From positions 4 to 64,003 of the forward strand of contig PCXC01000039.1 in NCBI GenBank assembly GCA_002796345.1: 64,000 nt of DNA, written 5' to 3'. The position numbers and the translations under genes were made by a program. Shown here piece after piece: positions 27,097 through 36,470 of the stretch; position 1 is the first letter of the stretch; the number at the start of each line of letters is the position of its first letter. The notes beneath the pieces were generated by a model. It made no database searches. It was not told the DNA's origin and saw only the letters and a list, made by a program, of their open reading frames with translations. This DNA is from Deltaproteobacteria bacterium CG11_big_fil_rev_8_21_14_0_20_42_23. GTDB lineage: Bacteria; UBA10199; 2-02-FULL-44-16.

Positions 27097-27786
27097 ATGT
27101 GCGCCAAAATTGTAAAACGAAAAGACTTTGAAGAGGACAAAAAGGCCAAAGGCGAAACCTTAAGCCCTCTTGAAAAATCCAGTGCCCTTTTGGGCAAATC
27201 ATCCGGCGCCATTCTAGGAAGAAAAACCATAGAAGCTCAAAGCGAAGCCGAGCACATTCTTTTGCATGCAGAAGCCGAAGCAAAAAAAATTCGCGAAGAA
27301 GCATTACAGCTTAAAGCTGAAGCCGAAAAAATTTATGAGTCAGAGCGCAAACGAGGTTATCTGGAAGGGGAAAAAAGAGGCTTGGCTTTAAGTTCTGAAA
27401 AGTTAGTCAAACTTGAAGCGTTAAAAGAACAATTTTACAATAGTGTTGAAGATGAAGTGATTCGTCTTTCCATGGCGGTTGCAGAAAAAGTAATTGGCCA
27501 AATTGCAATCGAAAATAAAGAGATGATCAAAAGTGTAGTGAAAAAAGCGATTGAACGCAGCATTGGTGATCGCATCACCATTCGCGTTCATCCCGATGAC
27601 TACAAAAACATAGTAGGGCACGACGGTGAATTTAGAGATGTCGTCGATCGTACCAAACGCATTTTATTTAAAGAAGATGAAGCAACACCGCAGGGGGGAT
27701 GTATTGTGGAGACTGAAGTGGGCACTATTGATGCTCAACTTGAAACACAGCTCGAAGCAATACGTAAAGCATTAGGCCTTTCCTAA
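27097..27786 (+). CDS. sctL: T3SS stator protein SctL / FliH family (ATPase regulator)
   Basis: An N-terminal charged coiled coil EAEAKKIREEALQLKAEAEKIYE, a C-terminal FliH domain and ITIRVHPDD...GGCIVETEVGTIDAQLETQLEAI. RBS gaggtgggagctATG. Confidence 0.6.
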   Translation: MCAKIVKRKDFEEDKKAKGETLSPLEKSSALLGKSSGAILGRKTIEAQSEAEHILLHAEAEAKKIREEALQLKAEAEKIYESERKRGYLEGEKRGLALSSEKLVKLEALKEQFYNSVEDEVIRLSMAVAEKVIGQIAIENKEMIKSVVKKAIERSIGDRITIRVHPDDYKNIVGHDGEFRDVVDRTKRILFKEDEATPQGGCIVETEVGTIDAQLETQLEAIRKALGLS

Positions 27787-27804
27787 TTTGCTTTGGGGAG
27801 CAAG

Positions 27805-29160
27805 ATGAGCGAAGAAGCCAAAAAATCAGCATCGGCATCACTTCCAGTTGTGGATTTCGATAAATACCATCATCTGCTTTCTGCAGTAACCACCTATACC
27901 ATCAAGGGAAAAGTTACCGAGCTTACCGGCATTGTTGTTCGTTCCGTGGTGCCCGGAGTGAAAATTGGAGAGCTCTGCTTTATTCTTCCTTACCACACAA
28001 AAATTCCCATCAAAGCTGAAGTGGTAGGATTTCGAGATCAAGAAGTTTTGTTGATGCCGCTTGGAAACCTAGAGGGCATAGGGCTTGGAAACGATGTCAT
28101 TCCAACAGGGCACTCTCTTACCGTTCGCGTTGGACCACAATTATTGGGACGCATTTTAGATGGGCTTGGTGATCCGCTTGATGAAGAAGAAAAAGGTCCA
28201 CTCAAATATGAAGAGGAATATCCCGTTACAGCCGAACCTCCAAAAGCGCTAAAAAGAAAACGCATTACCAAACCACTTTCGGTTGGAATTAAAGCCATCG
28301 ACGGCATGCTCACGGTTGGCGAAGGTCAGCGGGTTGGCTTCTTTGCAGCAGCAGGTGTTGGAAAGTCTACCATTATTGGAATGATTGCTCGCAACACCGA
28401 AGCCGAAATCAATGTAATTTGTTTGGTTGGTGAGCGGGGAAGAGAAGTTCGTGATTTTATCGAAAAAGATCTTGGTGAAGAAGGTTTGAAGCGTTCGGTG
28501 GTTATTGTTTCTACTTCAGATCAGCCTTCGTTGGTTCGTATGAAGGCAGCTTATGTTGCAACTGCGATTGCCGAATATTATCGGAACCAAGGCAAAAAAG
28601 TTATCTTGATGATGGATTCTGTTACGCGTTTTGCGAGGGCACTTCGCGAAGTGGGTCTTGCAGTTGGTGAACCGCCTGCAAGAGAAGGTTACACGCCTTC
28701 TGTTTTTTCAACGTTGCCGCGTTTGCTGGAACGTTCGGGAAATTCGGACAAAGGTTCCATCACCGCTTTTTATACCATCCTTGTTGCAGGTGATGACATG
28801 AATGAACCTGTTGCAGATGAAGTGCGTTCAATTTTAGATGGCCACATTATTCTCTCCCGCGAACTTGCTTCCCGTGGGCATTACCCGGCGATTGATATTT
28901 CTGAAAGTGTCTCGCGGGTTATGGACAACATCATCGACGATAAGCACCGTGATGCAGCAAAAAGTTTGCGAGAAGTGGTGGCAAATTATGAAAAAGAACG
29001 AGACCTCATTCTTATAGGTGCCTACGAAGAGGGAAGTGATTCAAAAGTAGATTACGCTCTCGAAAAAATTGAGGATGTAAATAATTATCTCAAGCAGGAT
29101 GTAAACGAGAGCATCTCTTTTCAAGAGTCTCAAGAACTTTTAGAAGAACTGTTTGATTAA
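27805..29160 (+). CDS. sctN: T3SS ATPase SctN / FliI family
   Basis: Walker A AAAGVGKST, Walker B VILMMDSVTRFA, and the F1/T3SS ATPase fold throughout. RBS ggggagcaagATG. Confidence 0.9.
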   Translation: MSEEAKKSASASLPVVDFDKYHHLLSAVTTYTIKGKVTELTGIVVRSVVPGVKIGELCFILPYHTKIPIKAEVVGFRDQEVLLMPLGNLEGIGLGNDVIPTGHSLTVRVGPQLLGRILDGLGDPLDEEEKGPLKYEEEYPVTAEPPKALKRKRITKPLSVGIKAIDGMLTVGEGQRVGFFAAAGVGKSTIIGMIARNTEAEINVICLVGERGREVRDFIEKDLGEEGLKRSVVIVSTSDQPSLVRMKAAYVATAIAEYYRNQGKKVILMMDSVTRFARALREVGLAVGEPPAREGYTPSVFSTLPRLLERSGNSDKGSITAFYTILVAGDDMNEPVADEVRSILDGHIILSRELASRGHYPAIDISESVSRVMDNIIDDKHRDAAKSLREVVANYEKERDLILIGAYEEGSDSKVDYALEKIEDVNNYLKQDVNESISFQESQELLEELFD

Positions 29161-29165
29161 ATATT

Positions 29166-29684
29166 ATGGCAAAAAAAAATAACTATCGACTTCAAGCTCT
29201 GCTTACATTGAAGGAGCGTTTAAAAAGAAAAGCTGAAATTGTGCTAGCGCAAAAAATTATTGCGCTTAAAAAAGAGGAAGAAAAACTTGAAGAACTAAAA
29301 GAAGAATTAAAAGAAATTGTTGAAGCATGGAAAATGGCAAGAAAAAACATGAGTGATGAACTTCGAAAAGGAGCAAGCTCGCACCGGAGTGACATCCACA
29401 GCAATTATCTGAAGCGTTTAAAAGAAGATGAAGAACAAAAAGAAGAAGAAATGGAAGAGCAAAAAGAATGTATCGAAGAAGCAAAAGAAGCGTTGAAAAA
29501 AGCCAGAAGAAATTACATTGATGCAGCAAAAGAACTTCAAGTGATGCAAAAGCATAAAGAACTTTGGGCCAAAAAACTTAAAGGGGAAATTTCAAAGAAA
29601 GAAGCAAAAGAGTTGAATGACCTGGGAAACACTATTCATCAGCTCAAGGCGTGGAAGGGTGAAAAAAGCGTTTTTCAAGCCTAA
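29166..29684 (+). CDS. sctO: T3SS stalk protein SctO / FliJ family (coiled coil)
   Basis: A 172-aa protein that is all helical and charged (KEEEKLEELKEELKE...). It sits directly after the ATPase, as fliJ or yscO does. Confidence 0.5.
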   Translation: MAKKNNYRLQALLTLKERLKRKAEIVLAQKIIALKKEEEKLEELKEELKEIVEAWKMARKNMSDELRKGASSHRSDIHSNYLKRLKEDEEQKEEEMEEQKECIEEAKEALKKARRNYIDAAKELQVMQKHKELWAKKLKGEISKKEAKELNDLGNTIHQLKAWKGEKSVFQA

Positions 29685-29696
29685 GAGGAAAAAACA

Positions 29697-30494
29697 ATGA
29701 GTGAGAAAATTATTATAAAGCCAAAAGATACTCCTGCTTACCGCGAGAAGGAAAAAGAGCGCGTGAAAGAGAAGGAAAAAAATGAGCCAAGTCAATTCGA
29801 TCGCTTGCTTGCTCAAAATAAACTTGGCTTGAAACCAGACATCAAGTTGAATTTAGACCAAATTACGCAGCAAGCGAATTATCAGACTAAAAATAAAGAT
29901 GAAAAAGTCTTTGATCGTGAAAAGAAAAAAGAAGAAGCCAAAGAGCGAGATGCTGAATCTGATACACGCTCTTCTGAAAAAAAAGAAGGCAGCTCAGGAT
30001 CAAGTCAGAAGGTGCTTGCAAAAGGTGGCTTGAAAGATGGCTCTGGTGGTTCTTCGCAAGGTGGTGCAGGTGGAAATGCTTTTGGTGGAACCGGAGCTCA
30101 GCGGAAAAAAGCCGCCAATACTTCCGAATCAAAACTGGCATCGCTGCGTACTTCACTTCAACATCAAGCTGGAAGCTTTACGAATCGAGTTGCCAAGGCT
30201 ATGAATGCGGCTGCATCACAAAAACCAGAGCTGTCGCAGAAACTTCTCGATAAACTGGTTCAGTATGTCAAAGTGGGAATGAACAAAGAGGGTGAAAAAG
30301 AAATTCAACTCGAACTCGATGGAAAACGTTTTAGAGGTTTGCGTTTGAAGGTAACCAGTAAAGATGGAAAAGTTGCGGTCTTGCTTAATGCACAAGATCC
30401 AAAAATGAAAAAAATGTTCGAAGATCAGCAAGACCAGATTTTGTCAGCTTTAGAAAAAGGCGGCGTTGATGTTGCTTCGCTTCATATCGTTTAG
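29697..30494 (+). CDS. sctP: Needle/hook length-control protein SctP / FliK family (T3S4 C-terminal domain)
   Basis: The C-terminal KEIQLELDGKRFRGLRLKVTSKDGKVAVLLNAQDPKMKKMFEDQQDQILSALEKGGVDVASLHI matches the FliK/YscP C-terminal substrate-specificity-switch domain pattern. The N-terminal part is Lys/Glu- and Gly/Ser-rich low complexity. Confidence 0.45.
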   Translation: MSEKIIIKPKDTPAYREKEKERVKEKEKNEPSQFDRLLAQNKLGLKPDIKLNLDQITQQANYQTKNKDEKVFDREKKKEEAKERDAESDTRSSEKKEGSSGSSQKVLAKGGLKDGSGGSSQGGAGGNAFGGTGAQRKKAANTSESKLASLRTSLQHQAGSFTNRVAKAMNAAASQKPELSQKLLDKLVQYVKVGMNKEGEKEIQLELDGKRFRGLRLKVTSKDGKVAVLLNAQDPKMKKMFEDQQDQILSALEKGGVDVASLHIV

Positions 30495-30506
30495 GAGTAG
30501 AACAAG

Positions 30507-31421
30507 ATGAAACAAACTGTGAAGCCTTTCCATTTTCACTTGCAACAACTAAGTCGAAAAAACTTGGAGCTTCAAAATCATTTCTTTTCTTTATTTCCTT
30601 CCGTGTTTGCGGATTCATCCTTTCATAATATTTTGCAGCAAAGTTTAAAAAAGCATTTGTCAGCTCAAGTAGAAATGAAATCAGAATCGTTCAAAGTTAT
30701 TCCAGCTGACGAAATGCTGAAGACCGCCTCGGAAAGTTCGATTTTACTTGTTTTACAGCTCGATCCTTCTCCAGCAAGAATCATTTTGGAACTTGATCAG
30801 CTTTTGGTAGAAAATATCGTGAACAAAATGTTGGGTGGCACAAAAGCTTTAACGCAACAGAGAAAAGTTTCCAATATTGAACTTGGTGTTTTAGAATATT
30901 TACTTTTGCAGGTGATTAAAGATGTGCACAAATATTCTGCCCCCAACATTCCTATGCATTTTCGTTTTGAAACCTTTGTGAATTCAAGACAGGAATTAAA
31001 AAATTACGAAGAAAAAAACAGCTCCTATTTTCTTTTTACAGAACGTATTCACTTAGATGGACTTACCGCTTTTGTAAGATTTTATTTTCCTCAAACGGGG
31101 CTACAAGAATATTCGCAACGCTTTTCGTCTCCCCATTTGGAATCTTTGGCAGAGTACAAAAATTTTCCCTTCGTACGTGTTCCTCTCTGGGCAGAAATTG
31201 GAAAAATTACCCTTTCGCCAGAAGAAATTTCTCAAATAGAAGTGGGTGACGTGATTATGTTCGAGCAAAATGAATTAAGCCTCAACGACAAAGATATTTC
31301 AGGTAATCTCATCCTCCGCGTTGGAAATGGGAAAAATGCTGGAATTCTTTCTGAAGTGAGCGTAAAAAAGAAAACAATTACGTGTACCTTACTAGAGTCT
31401 CAAGAAGGAGATGGTTTATGA
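30507..31421 (+). CDS. sctQ: C-ring / sorting-platform protein SctQ (FliM-like middle with a C-terminal SpoA domain)
   Basis: The C-terminus VPLWAEIGKITLSPEEISQIEVGDVIMFE matches the SpoA (FliN/FliM C-terminal) motif. The gene sits at the fliM position. Confidence 0.5.
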   Translation: MKQTVKPFHFHLQQLSRKNLELQNHFFSLFPSVFADSSFHNILQQSLKKHLSAQVEMKSESFKVIPADEMLKTASESSILLVLQLDPSPARIILELDQLLVENIVNKMLGGTKALTQQRKVSNIELGVLEYLLLQVIKDVHKYSAPNIPMHFRFETFVNSRQELKNYEEKNSSYFLFTERIHLDGLTAFVRFYFPQTGLQEYSQRFSSPHLESLAEYKNFPFVRVPLWAEIGKITLSPEEISQIEVGDVIMFEQNELSLNDKDISGNLILRVGNGKNAGILSEVSVKKKTITCTLLESQEGDGL

Positions 31422-31894
31422 GTAAAAAAGAAAACGACATCGATGATTCATTTTTAGATGACGATCTTGAAGGCTTCGATGACTTCGACTTAGATGCCGA
31501 AGAAGATCAAGAATCTTCAAAAGCTTCAGCTTCAGACGAAAACTTTCTTGAAGATACCGCCGTCGACCTCAAAGTAGATGAAGACGAGATGGATGAAATG
31601 GAAACTTCTTCAAGTGATACGCAGGAAATGCCTGTAAACAGTACGCTTCCCGCTGATGATTTTGGCCTCCTCAATTTAGCTTCCGATGTTCCTGTTCAGC
31701 TCATTGCGATTATGGCAAAGAAAACCATTTCCATGCAAGACTTGGCAGCCTTCCATAAAGGCAGCGTCATCGAGCTCAACCGTCCTCCATCTGAGCAAGT
31801 TGATTTGGTGGCAAATGGAAAGCTTGTAGCGCGAGGTGAGCTGGTTGAAATTGACGGAAAACTTGGCGTGCGCATTATCAAGCTTATTCGCTAA
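31418..31894 (+). CDS. fliN: FliN / SctQ-C-like SpoA-domain protein, encoded by a separate gene with an ATGA overlap
   Basis: C-terminal ISMQDLAAFHKGSVIELNRPPSEQVDLVANGKLVARGELVEIDGKLGVRIIKLI matches the FliN SpoA domain. An acidic N-terminal DDLEGFDDFDLD region precedes it. The start ATG overlaps the sctQ stop (ttATGAgt), with RBS AGGAGA. Confidence 0.7.
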   Translation: MSKKENDIDDSFLDDDLEGFDDFDLDAEEDQESSKASASDENFLEDTAVDLKVDEDEMDEMETSSSDTQEMPVNSTLPADDFGLLNLASDVPVQLIAIMAKKTISMQDLAAFHKGSVIELNRPPSEQVDLVANGKLVARGELVEIDGKLGVRIIKLIR

Positions 31895-31915
31895 CTTTTA
31901 AGAAATGAGAAAAAC

Positions 31916-32260
31916 GTGATAGCTTTACTCGCTCTTGCAACAGCTTCAGTAACAGAACAAAGTACTTTAGATTTTGGAGTACTTTTTTTCAAAATGCTTG
32001 GAGCTTTAGGTGCTGTAACCGTTTTTGCTATTTTGGTTTTAAAGTTTCTAGTTCCCAGACTTAGTTTTGCAAAACGATATCACGAGGAAAAAATGTTTAA
32101 TGTGATTTCTCGATATCAACTTGAACCGAAAAAAAGCTTGTATCTTGTGAAAGTAAGTGAGAAATATTTAGTGCTTGGAGTTTCAGATTCTGCTATACAG
32201 ACACTCACCACGTTAACAAAAGAAGAAGCCTTGGGGGAGGCAAAAAAAGCAGATGCCTAA
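31916..32260 (+). CDS. fliO: FliO-like single-pass membrane protein
   Basis: One TM (LGALGAVTVFAILVLKFLV) followed by a LYLVKVSEKYLVLGVSDSAIQTL FliO-like segment. It lies immediately upstream of fliP with an 8-nt overlap. The start codon is GTG. Confidence 0.4.
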   Translation: MIALLALATASVTEQSTLDFGVLFFKMLGALGAVTVFAILVLKFLVPRLSFAKRYHEEKMFNVISRYQLEPKKSLYLVKVSEKYLVLGVSDSAIQTLTTLTKEEALGEAKKADA

Positions 32261-33062
32261 ACAAACAACGCTTCTACGTACATCCGCAATTGAGAGGAAA
32301 GGGAAGAGGAAAAAACTTTTCCTTTCTTTATTCGTTGCCCTCTTTGGTGTTGGTATAAGCAGTGTTGCTTATGCTCAAACTGCAAACGCCGGCGTTTCAA
32401 AGCCGCTGATTCTTCTCCTTACCCTTGCAGCCCTTTCAGTTGTTCCTTTTTTGGTGATGCTGGTTACATCTTTTGTGAAAATTGCAGTGGTTTTGTCGCT
32501 GATTCGCTCTGCAATTGGAACGCAGCAAGTTCCGCCAAACATTATCATTACGGGCTTGTCCCTTATCTTGACTATTTACATTATGGTTCCAGTTGGCCTC
32601 GAAATTTACAAAGCTGCAGGTGATGTGATTAACCGTGGAACTAATCAGCCGCTTTTATCGCAAGCATCCGTGAAGCTGTTGCAAGAGGGCGCAAGCAAAG
32701 CCAAAGAACCTTTACGAGCTTTTTTAATTAAGCATGTGCATGAAGGTGAAAAAAGTTTGTTTTACAACTTGGCCCTCAAACTTCGCACGACTGATGAAGA
32801 ACGAAAAGAAATTAGCAGCGATGATTTTATCAATCTTGTTCCAGCTTTTGTCATCAGCGAACTTTCTGAAGCCTTTCAAATTGGCTTCATTATTTTCTTG
32901 CCGTTTTTGGTGATTGATTTGGTGATTGCAAATATTTTGCTTTCTTTGGGTATGTTTCAAATTTCGCCTGTTACTATTTCGCTTCCGTTTAAGTTGCTGT
33001 TGTTTGTGTTGGTAGATGGTTGGTTGCTCATTACAAAAGGCCTCGTGTTGGGGTATGTGTAA
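32253..33062 (+). CDS. fliP: Export-apparatus protein SctR / FliP, with an N-terminal signal peptide as in flagellar FliP
   Basis: Signal peptide LFLSLFVALFGVGISSVAYAQ. The conserved FliP core includes PFLVMLVTSFVKIAVVLSLIRSAIG. Confidence 0.85.
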   Translation: MPKQTTLLRTSAIERKGKRKKLFLSLFVALFGVGISSVAYAQTANAGVSKPLILLLTLAALSVVPFLVMLVTSFVKIAVVLSLIRSAIGTQQVPPNIIITGLSLILTIYIMVPVGLEIYKAAGDVINRGTNQPLLSQASVKLLQEGASKAKEPLRAFLIKHVHEGEKSLFYNLALKLRTTDEERKEISSDDFINLVPAFVISELSEAFQIGFIIFLPFLVIDLVIANILLSLGMFQISPVTISLPFKLLLFVLVDGWLLITKGLVLGYV

Positions 33063-33097
33063 AGATATTTTCTGAACCAAGAAAAAGAGACTTTCTT

Positions 33098-33364
33098 ATG
33101 CCAGATTATTTTATCGGAGTTGCAAAACAGACTTTGTTTTTAGCGCTCGTTCTCACGGGTCCTCCAGTTTTGTGCGCCATGCTCATTGGGCTTATCATCA
33201 GTATTTTGCAGGCCACCACTCAAATTCAAGAGCAAACACTTACCTTTGTGCCAAAGCTTTTTGCCATTGTCATTGTTTTGGCTTTTGCTGGTCCTTGGAT
33301 GCTCTCTCAGCTTATCGCGTTTACAACGGCGCTCTACGATGCCTTTCCCAATTATGTGCATTAG
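33098..33364 (+). CDS. fliQ: Export-apparatus protein SctS / FliQ
   Basis: An 88-aa two-TM hairpin; FIGVAKQTLFLALVLTGPPVLCAMLIGLIISILQATTQIQEQTLTFVPKL follows the FliQ consensus. Confidence 0.8.
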   Translation: MPDYFIGVAKQTLFLALVLTGPPVLCAMLIGLIISILQATTQIQEQTLTFVPKLFAIVIVLAFAGPWMLSQLIAFTTALYDAFPNYVH

Positions 33365-33392
33365 CGTTCCGTTTTCAGAGGAAATGTAAAAC

Positions 33393-34307
33393 ATGGATGC
33401 CTATCTCGCTCAACTTGGGGTAAATATCAATGTGAGCTTCAGTCTTTTGTTTTTGGGGCTCATTTGGATACGCATCGTGGCCATGGCTTCTGTAGTTCCT
33501 TTTCTTTTTGGAAATCCTGTTCCCAAAAACATCATGGTGGGCATCTCATTTTTGATTGCTGTTTTTCTTTTTCCGGCTCTTGTTCCTGAAACTCCGCCCG
33601 ATCTCTTTGAAAATCTGCTCGCTATTTTTCTCCTTTTTTTGAAGGAAGCTTTTTACGGTCTCTTGTTTGGATTTGCTATGGGTGCCATTTTCTATGGCTT
33701 TGAAGCTGCGGGATCCATGATTGACAACCAGCGCGGCGTTTCCATCGCCAGACTTCTTATTCCGCAATTGAACCAGCAAGGTTCGCTTTCTGGAAACTTT
33801 TTATTTCAGATGTCCATTGTTTTGTTTTTGGTGTTGAACGGACATCTTTTGTTTTTGGAAGCCTTTCTGCAAAGTTTTGTCAGTCTTCCTGTTTTGCAAT
33901 TCCCCGATGCAGGTGCCAATTTTTTTTCTATGCTTGGGCTCTTTGTGGATATCACCAGCGAAGTGCTTTATGTTTCGGTGCAACTTGCAGCTCCGGTGAT
34001 GATCGCCATTTTCATGGCGGATATCATTCTGGGCATTGCCAATAGAGTAGCGCCGCAAATCAACGTGTGGGAATTGGGCTTCAACATCAAAGGTTACGTT
34101 GGTGTTTTGCTGCTCTTTGTCTCCATCACCATGATTGGCCAACAATTTGAGGCCTATGCCATTCATTCGGTTTCGTATGTGCCGCGGATTACAGAATACC
34201 TCAAAGAAAAGCCGCCATCTGCACCTTCAGACGAAGAACCCGTAGAAGAGGGCCTTCCTGCAGAAGACGCCCTGCCTCAGGTGCTTTCTCCACAGCCACA
34301 ACACTAG
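33393..34307 (+). CDS. fliR: Export-apparatus protein SctT / FliR, with an acidic Pro-rich C-terminal extension of about 45 aa
   Basis: Six-TM FliR topology, ending PSAPSDEEPVEEGLPAEDALPQVLSPQPQH. Confidence 0.8.
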   Translation: MDAYLAQLGVNINVSFSLLFLGLIWIRIVAMASVVPFLFGNPVPKNIMVGISFLIAVFLFPALVPETPPDLFENLLAIFLLFLKEAFYGLLFGFAMGAIFYGFEAAGSMIDNQRGVSIARLLIPQLNQQGSLSGNFLFQMSIVLFLVLNGHLLFLEAFLQSFVSLPVLQFPDAGANFFSMLGLFVDITSEVLYVSVQLAAPVMIAIFMADIILGIANRVAPQINVWELGFNIKGYVGVLLLFVSITMIGQQFEAYAIHSVSYVPRITEYLKEKPPSAPSDEEPVEEGLPAEDALPQVLSPQPQH

Positions 34308-34435
34308 CCTTTTTCCTGGGGTCTTTTTTCCCCATTTTGGCAGTATTTCCCTCTATTTTTCACGACTTCCTCGAAAAAGACTTTTCTAAGTAATTGATAT
34401 TAATACATTATTTTAGATGGTTTGGCCAAAAGCTT

Positions 34436-34452
34436 TGGCATTGGCATTGCAT
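34436..34452 (+). promoter_or_regulatory. Sigma-54 -24/-12 promoter, a near-perfect consensus, upstream of the substrate/chaperone operon
   Basis: TGGCATtggcaTTGCAT with GG-N10-GC spacing. It lies 50 bp upstream of ATG 34503, which has a GAGGAG RBS. Confidence 0.55.
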
Positions 34453-34502
34453 TCATAAGAGGGAGACGGGGACATTTCCTCGGACAACCATGAGGAGTAG
34501 TT

Positions 34503-35663
34503 ATGAGTGTGACTATAAATAGGGTGCAGAAAAAAATTCAAGAAGCTCTCAGCAATGATTACAGAATTGATGAGCAGGAGATGAATGAAATAGAGGATTA
34601 TTTCAAAGAGGGTATTCAAGTTGAAGATAATTCCGCTGACACTATTACTTGGAATGAATTGAAAGTATCCTTATCTAATTCAATTACTGCAACTACTGCT
34701 CAACCACTTAATCCTTCAGAAGCAAGTGTTGAGCAGCTAAAAGTTTTAATGGAAAGAATTGAAACTCTCACAAAAGAAGCTGAGACGCTTAAAAGCGCTC
34801 TTGAAGCCGTTAAAGATGGCACAACTGCTGAAGATACAAAAAATAGACAACTGCTTCAAGCAAAGTTAAGCACAACACAAGCTGCTCTCAAAACTTTTCT
34901 TAATCAAGCTACAACGTTGGCAAAAAAATTTGATCAAACCGCATTGCTTAAAGATGAAATGTTTGAAGCTGCAGGTATGGACATCCCGGAAGAATTGCAT
35001 GCTCAGCAAAAGTCACTTCGTCCGCAAACACGTGCCATGGCAAATGGGCGTGGCGGAGCAAACACAGCCCAAAATGCAAGAGGGCAGAATGCTTCCAGAG
35101 CACTCAGTCTTCCACAATTGCAAAGCCCTGGCGTGAGAGCGCAAGGAACTGGTGATGGCGAAAACTTTCCAAGTGATGCTTTTCTTCGAGCTGGCGCACT
35201 TGATGATATCGCTCTCAATAACTTCGATCAAATTTCTCAGAATCAACGACGTGGTCAGGAACTGTTACGCCTTTTCCATAAGCTGGCAAAGCAAGCGATG
35301 ACAGGTGAACTCGAATACATGTTCGAGTTTTTCAAAGTGGTGAATTACATCGTTTCCAAAAGCCGAGGTAAATCATTGGTGGATATGGGAACGCGTTTGA
35401 TTCAGATTGAAAATCAAAACAAAGAAAACTTAGCTATTTTGCAAAATACAAAAATTGACCCCAACGATCCAAATGCAGCTTTTGAAATGACGAAGGCGCA
35501 GAGTAAATACACACAAGACAGTAAATCGTTGGAACTTTCGCAAAAAATGATCGCGCAAAATATGGAAGACATGGCTATCGTGGTGGAAACGATGAACAAC
35601 ACCTTAAAGGGTATTTTGGAAGCCAAAGGCAGAGTGCTTCGAAACATGTCTCGTTTTGGATAA
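34503..35663 (+). CDS. Hydrophilic coiled-coil protein; a candidate T3SS-secreted substrate (tip/translocator-like or effector)
   Basis: It has no TM segment or signal peptide, long heptad regions and a Gly/Asn/Gln-rich central linker. It is transcribed from a sigma-54 promoter and is immediately followed by an LcrH-class chaperone gene. Confidence 0.35.
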   Translation: MSVTINRVQKKIQEALSNDYRIDEQEMNEIEDYFKEGIQVEDNSADTITWNELKVSLSNSITATTAQPLNPSEASVEQLKVLMERIETLTKEAETLKSALEAVKDGTTAEDTKNRQLLQAKLSTTQAALKTFLNQATTLAKKFDQTALLKDEMFEAAGMDIPEELHAQQKSLRPQTRAMANGRGGANTAQNARGQNASRALSLPQLQSPGVRAQGTGDGENFPSDAFLRAGALDDIALNNFDQISQNQRRGQELLRLFHKLAKQAMTGELEYMFEFFKVVNYIVSKSRGKSLVDMGTRLIQIENQNKENLAILQNTKIDPNDPNAAFEMTKAQSKYTQDSKSLELSQKMIAQNMEDMAIVVETMNNTLKGILEAKGRVLRNMSRFG

Positions 35664-35687
35664 AGGATACCGTATGGCGCTGGCAAG

Positions 35688-36467
35688 ATGGGGGATGTGC
35701 TTCAAAAGTACAATCCCCCTCTTTTTACGGCGTATAATGACAAAAAGCGAAGAAAGAACGAAAGGTTGTCTAAAAGAATGGAAAAAACGGAATATATTTG
35801 GCATAATCAAGAAGTCTGCGATTTTACAGGCTTTTTGGAGATAAGTCCTATGGGAAAAGACAAAAAAGAAAAGCCGGCGAAAGCATCCGCATTCCGTATT
35901 GGCTTTGATGAGGCCATGCCAGAAGAAGAGGCCAAGCGCCAAGTGGCTGAATACATGCGCAAGCTCGAAGAGGAGTATAAAGATGTGCCTCCCGAAGAGC
36001 TTGAAGCTAGTGCCGAGAAAATGCGCGCCTACCTTCGCGGCGATATTGCGTGGGGAGACTTGTTCAACTTTAGCATCGAAGCGCTGATGGAAATGACCGA
36101 CTTCGGCTATCATCAGTTTAAAATGGGAAGATACGAAGATGCCGAGCGCATTTTCAAAGTGCTTACCGTTTTAGATTGGAACAATGCTTATTATCATTCC
36201 ATGTTGGGTTCCATTCTTCACCGGCAAAAACGTTATGCCGAAGCGCTTACCGAATACTCGCAAGCTATTGAACTTTCTCCAAACGATATTCCAAGCCATA
36301 CGCATCGTGGAGAAATTTATCTTATGCATGGTCTTTTGGACAAAGCCAAAGCTGATTTAGAAAAAGCTCTTTCACTTGATGAAAGCGATGAAAACAAGTG
36401 GGTGAATCGCGCACGTATTTTGATGCAGCAACTTGAAAAAAAACAAGCTGCACAAAAAAAGGATTAA
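35688..36467 (+). CDS. T3SS class II (translocator-type) TPR chaperone of the LcrH/SycD/CesD family, with an N-terminal extension of about 100 aa
   Basis: FGYHQFKMGRYEDAERIFKVLTVLDWNNAYYHSMLGSILHRQKRYAEALTEYSQAIELSPNDIPSHTHRGEIYLMHG forms three TPRs with LcrH-family spacing. The start is ambiguous; candidate ATGs are at 35688, 35778 and 35850. Confidence 0.6.
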   Translation: MGDVLQKYNPPLFTAYNDKKRRKNERLSKRMEKTEYIWHNQEVCDFTGFLEISPMGKDKKEKPAKASAFRIGFDEAMPEEEAKRQVAEYMRKLEEEYKDVPPEELEASAEKMRAYLRGDIAWGDLFNFSIEALMEMTDFGYHQFKMGRYEDAERIFKVLTVLDWNNAYYHSMLGSILHRQKRYAEALTEYSQAIELSPNDIPSHTHRGEIYLMHGLLDKAKADLEKALSLDESDENKWVNRARILMQQLEKKQAAQKKD

Positions 36468-36470
36468 CAT

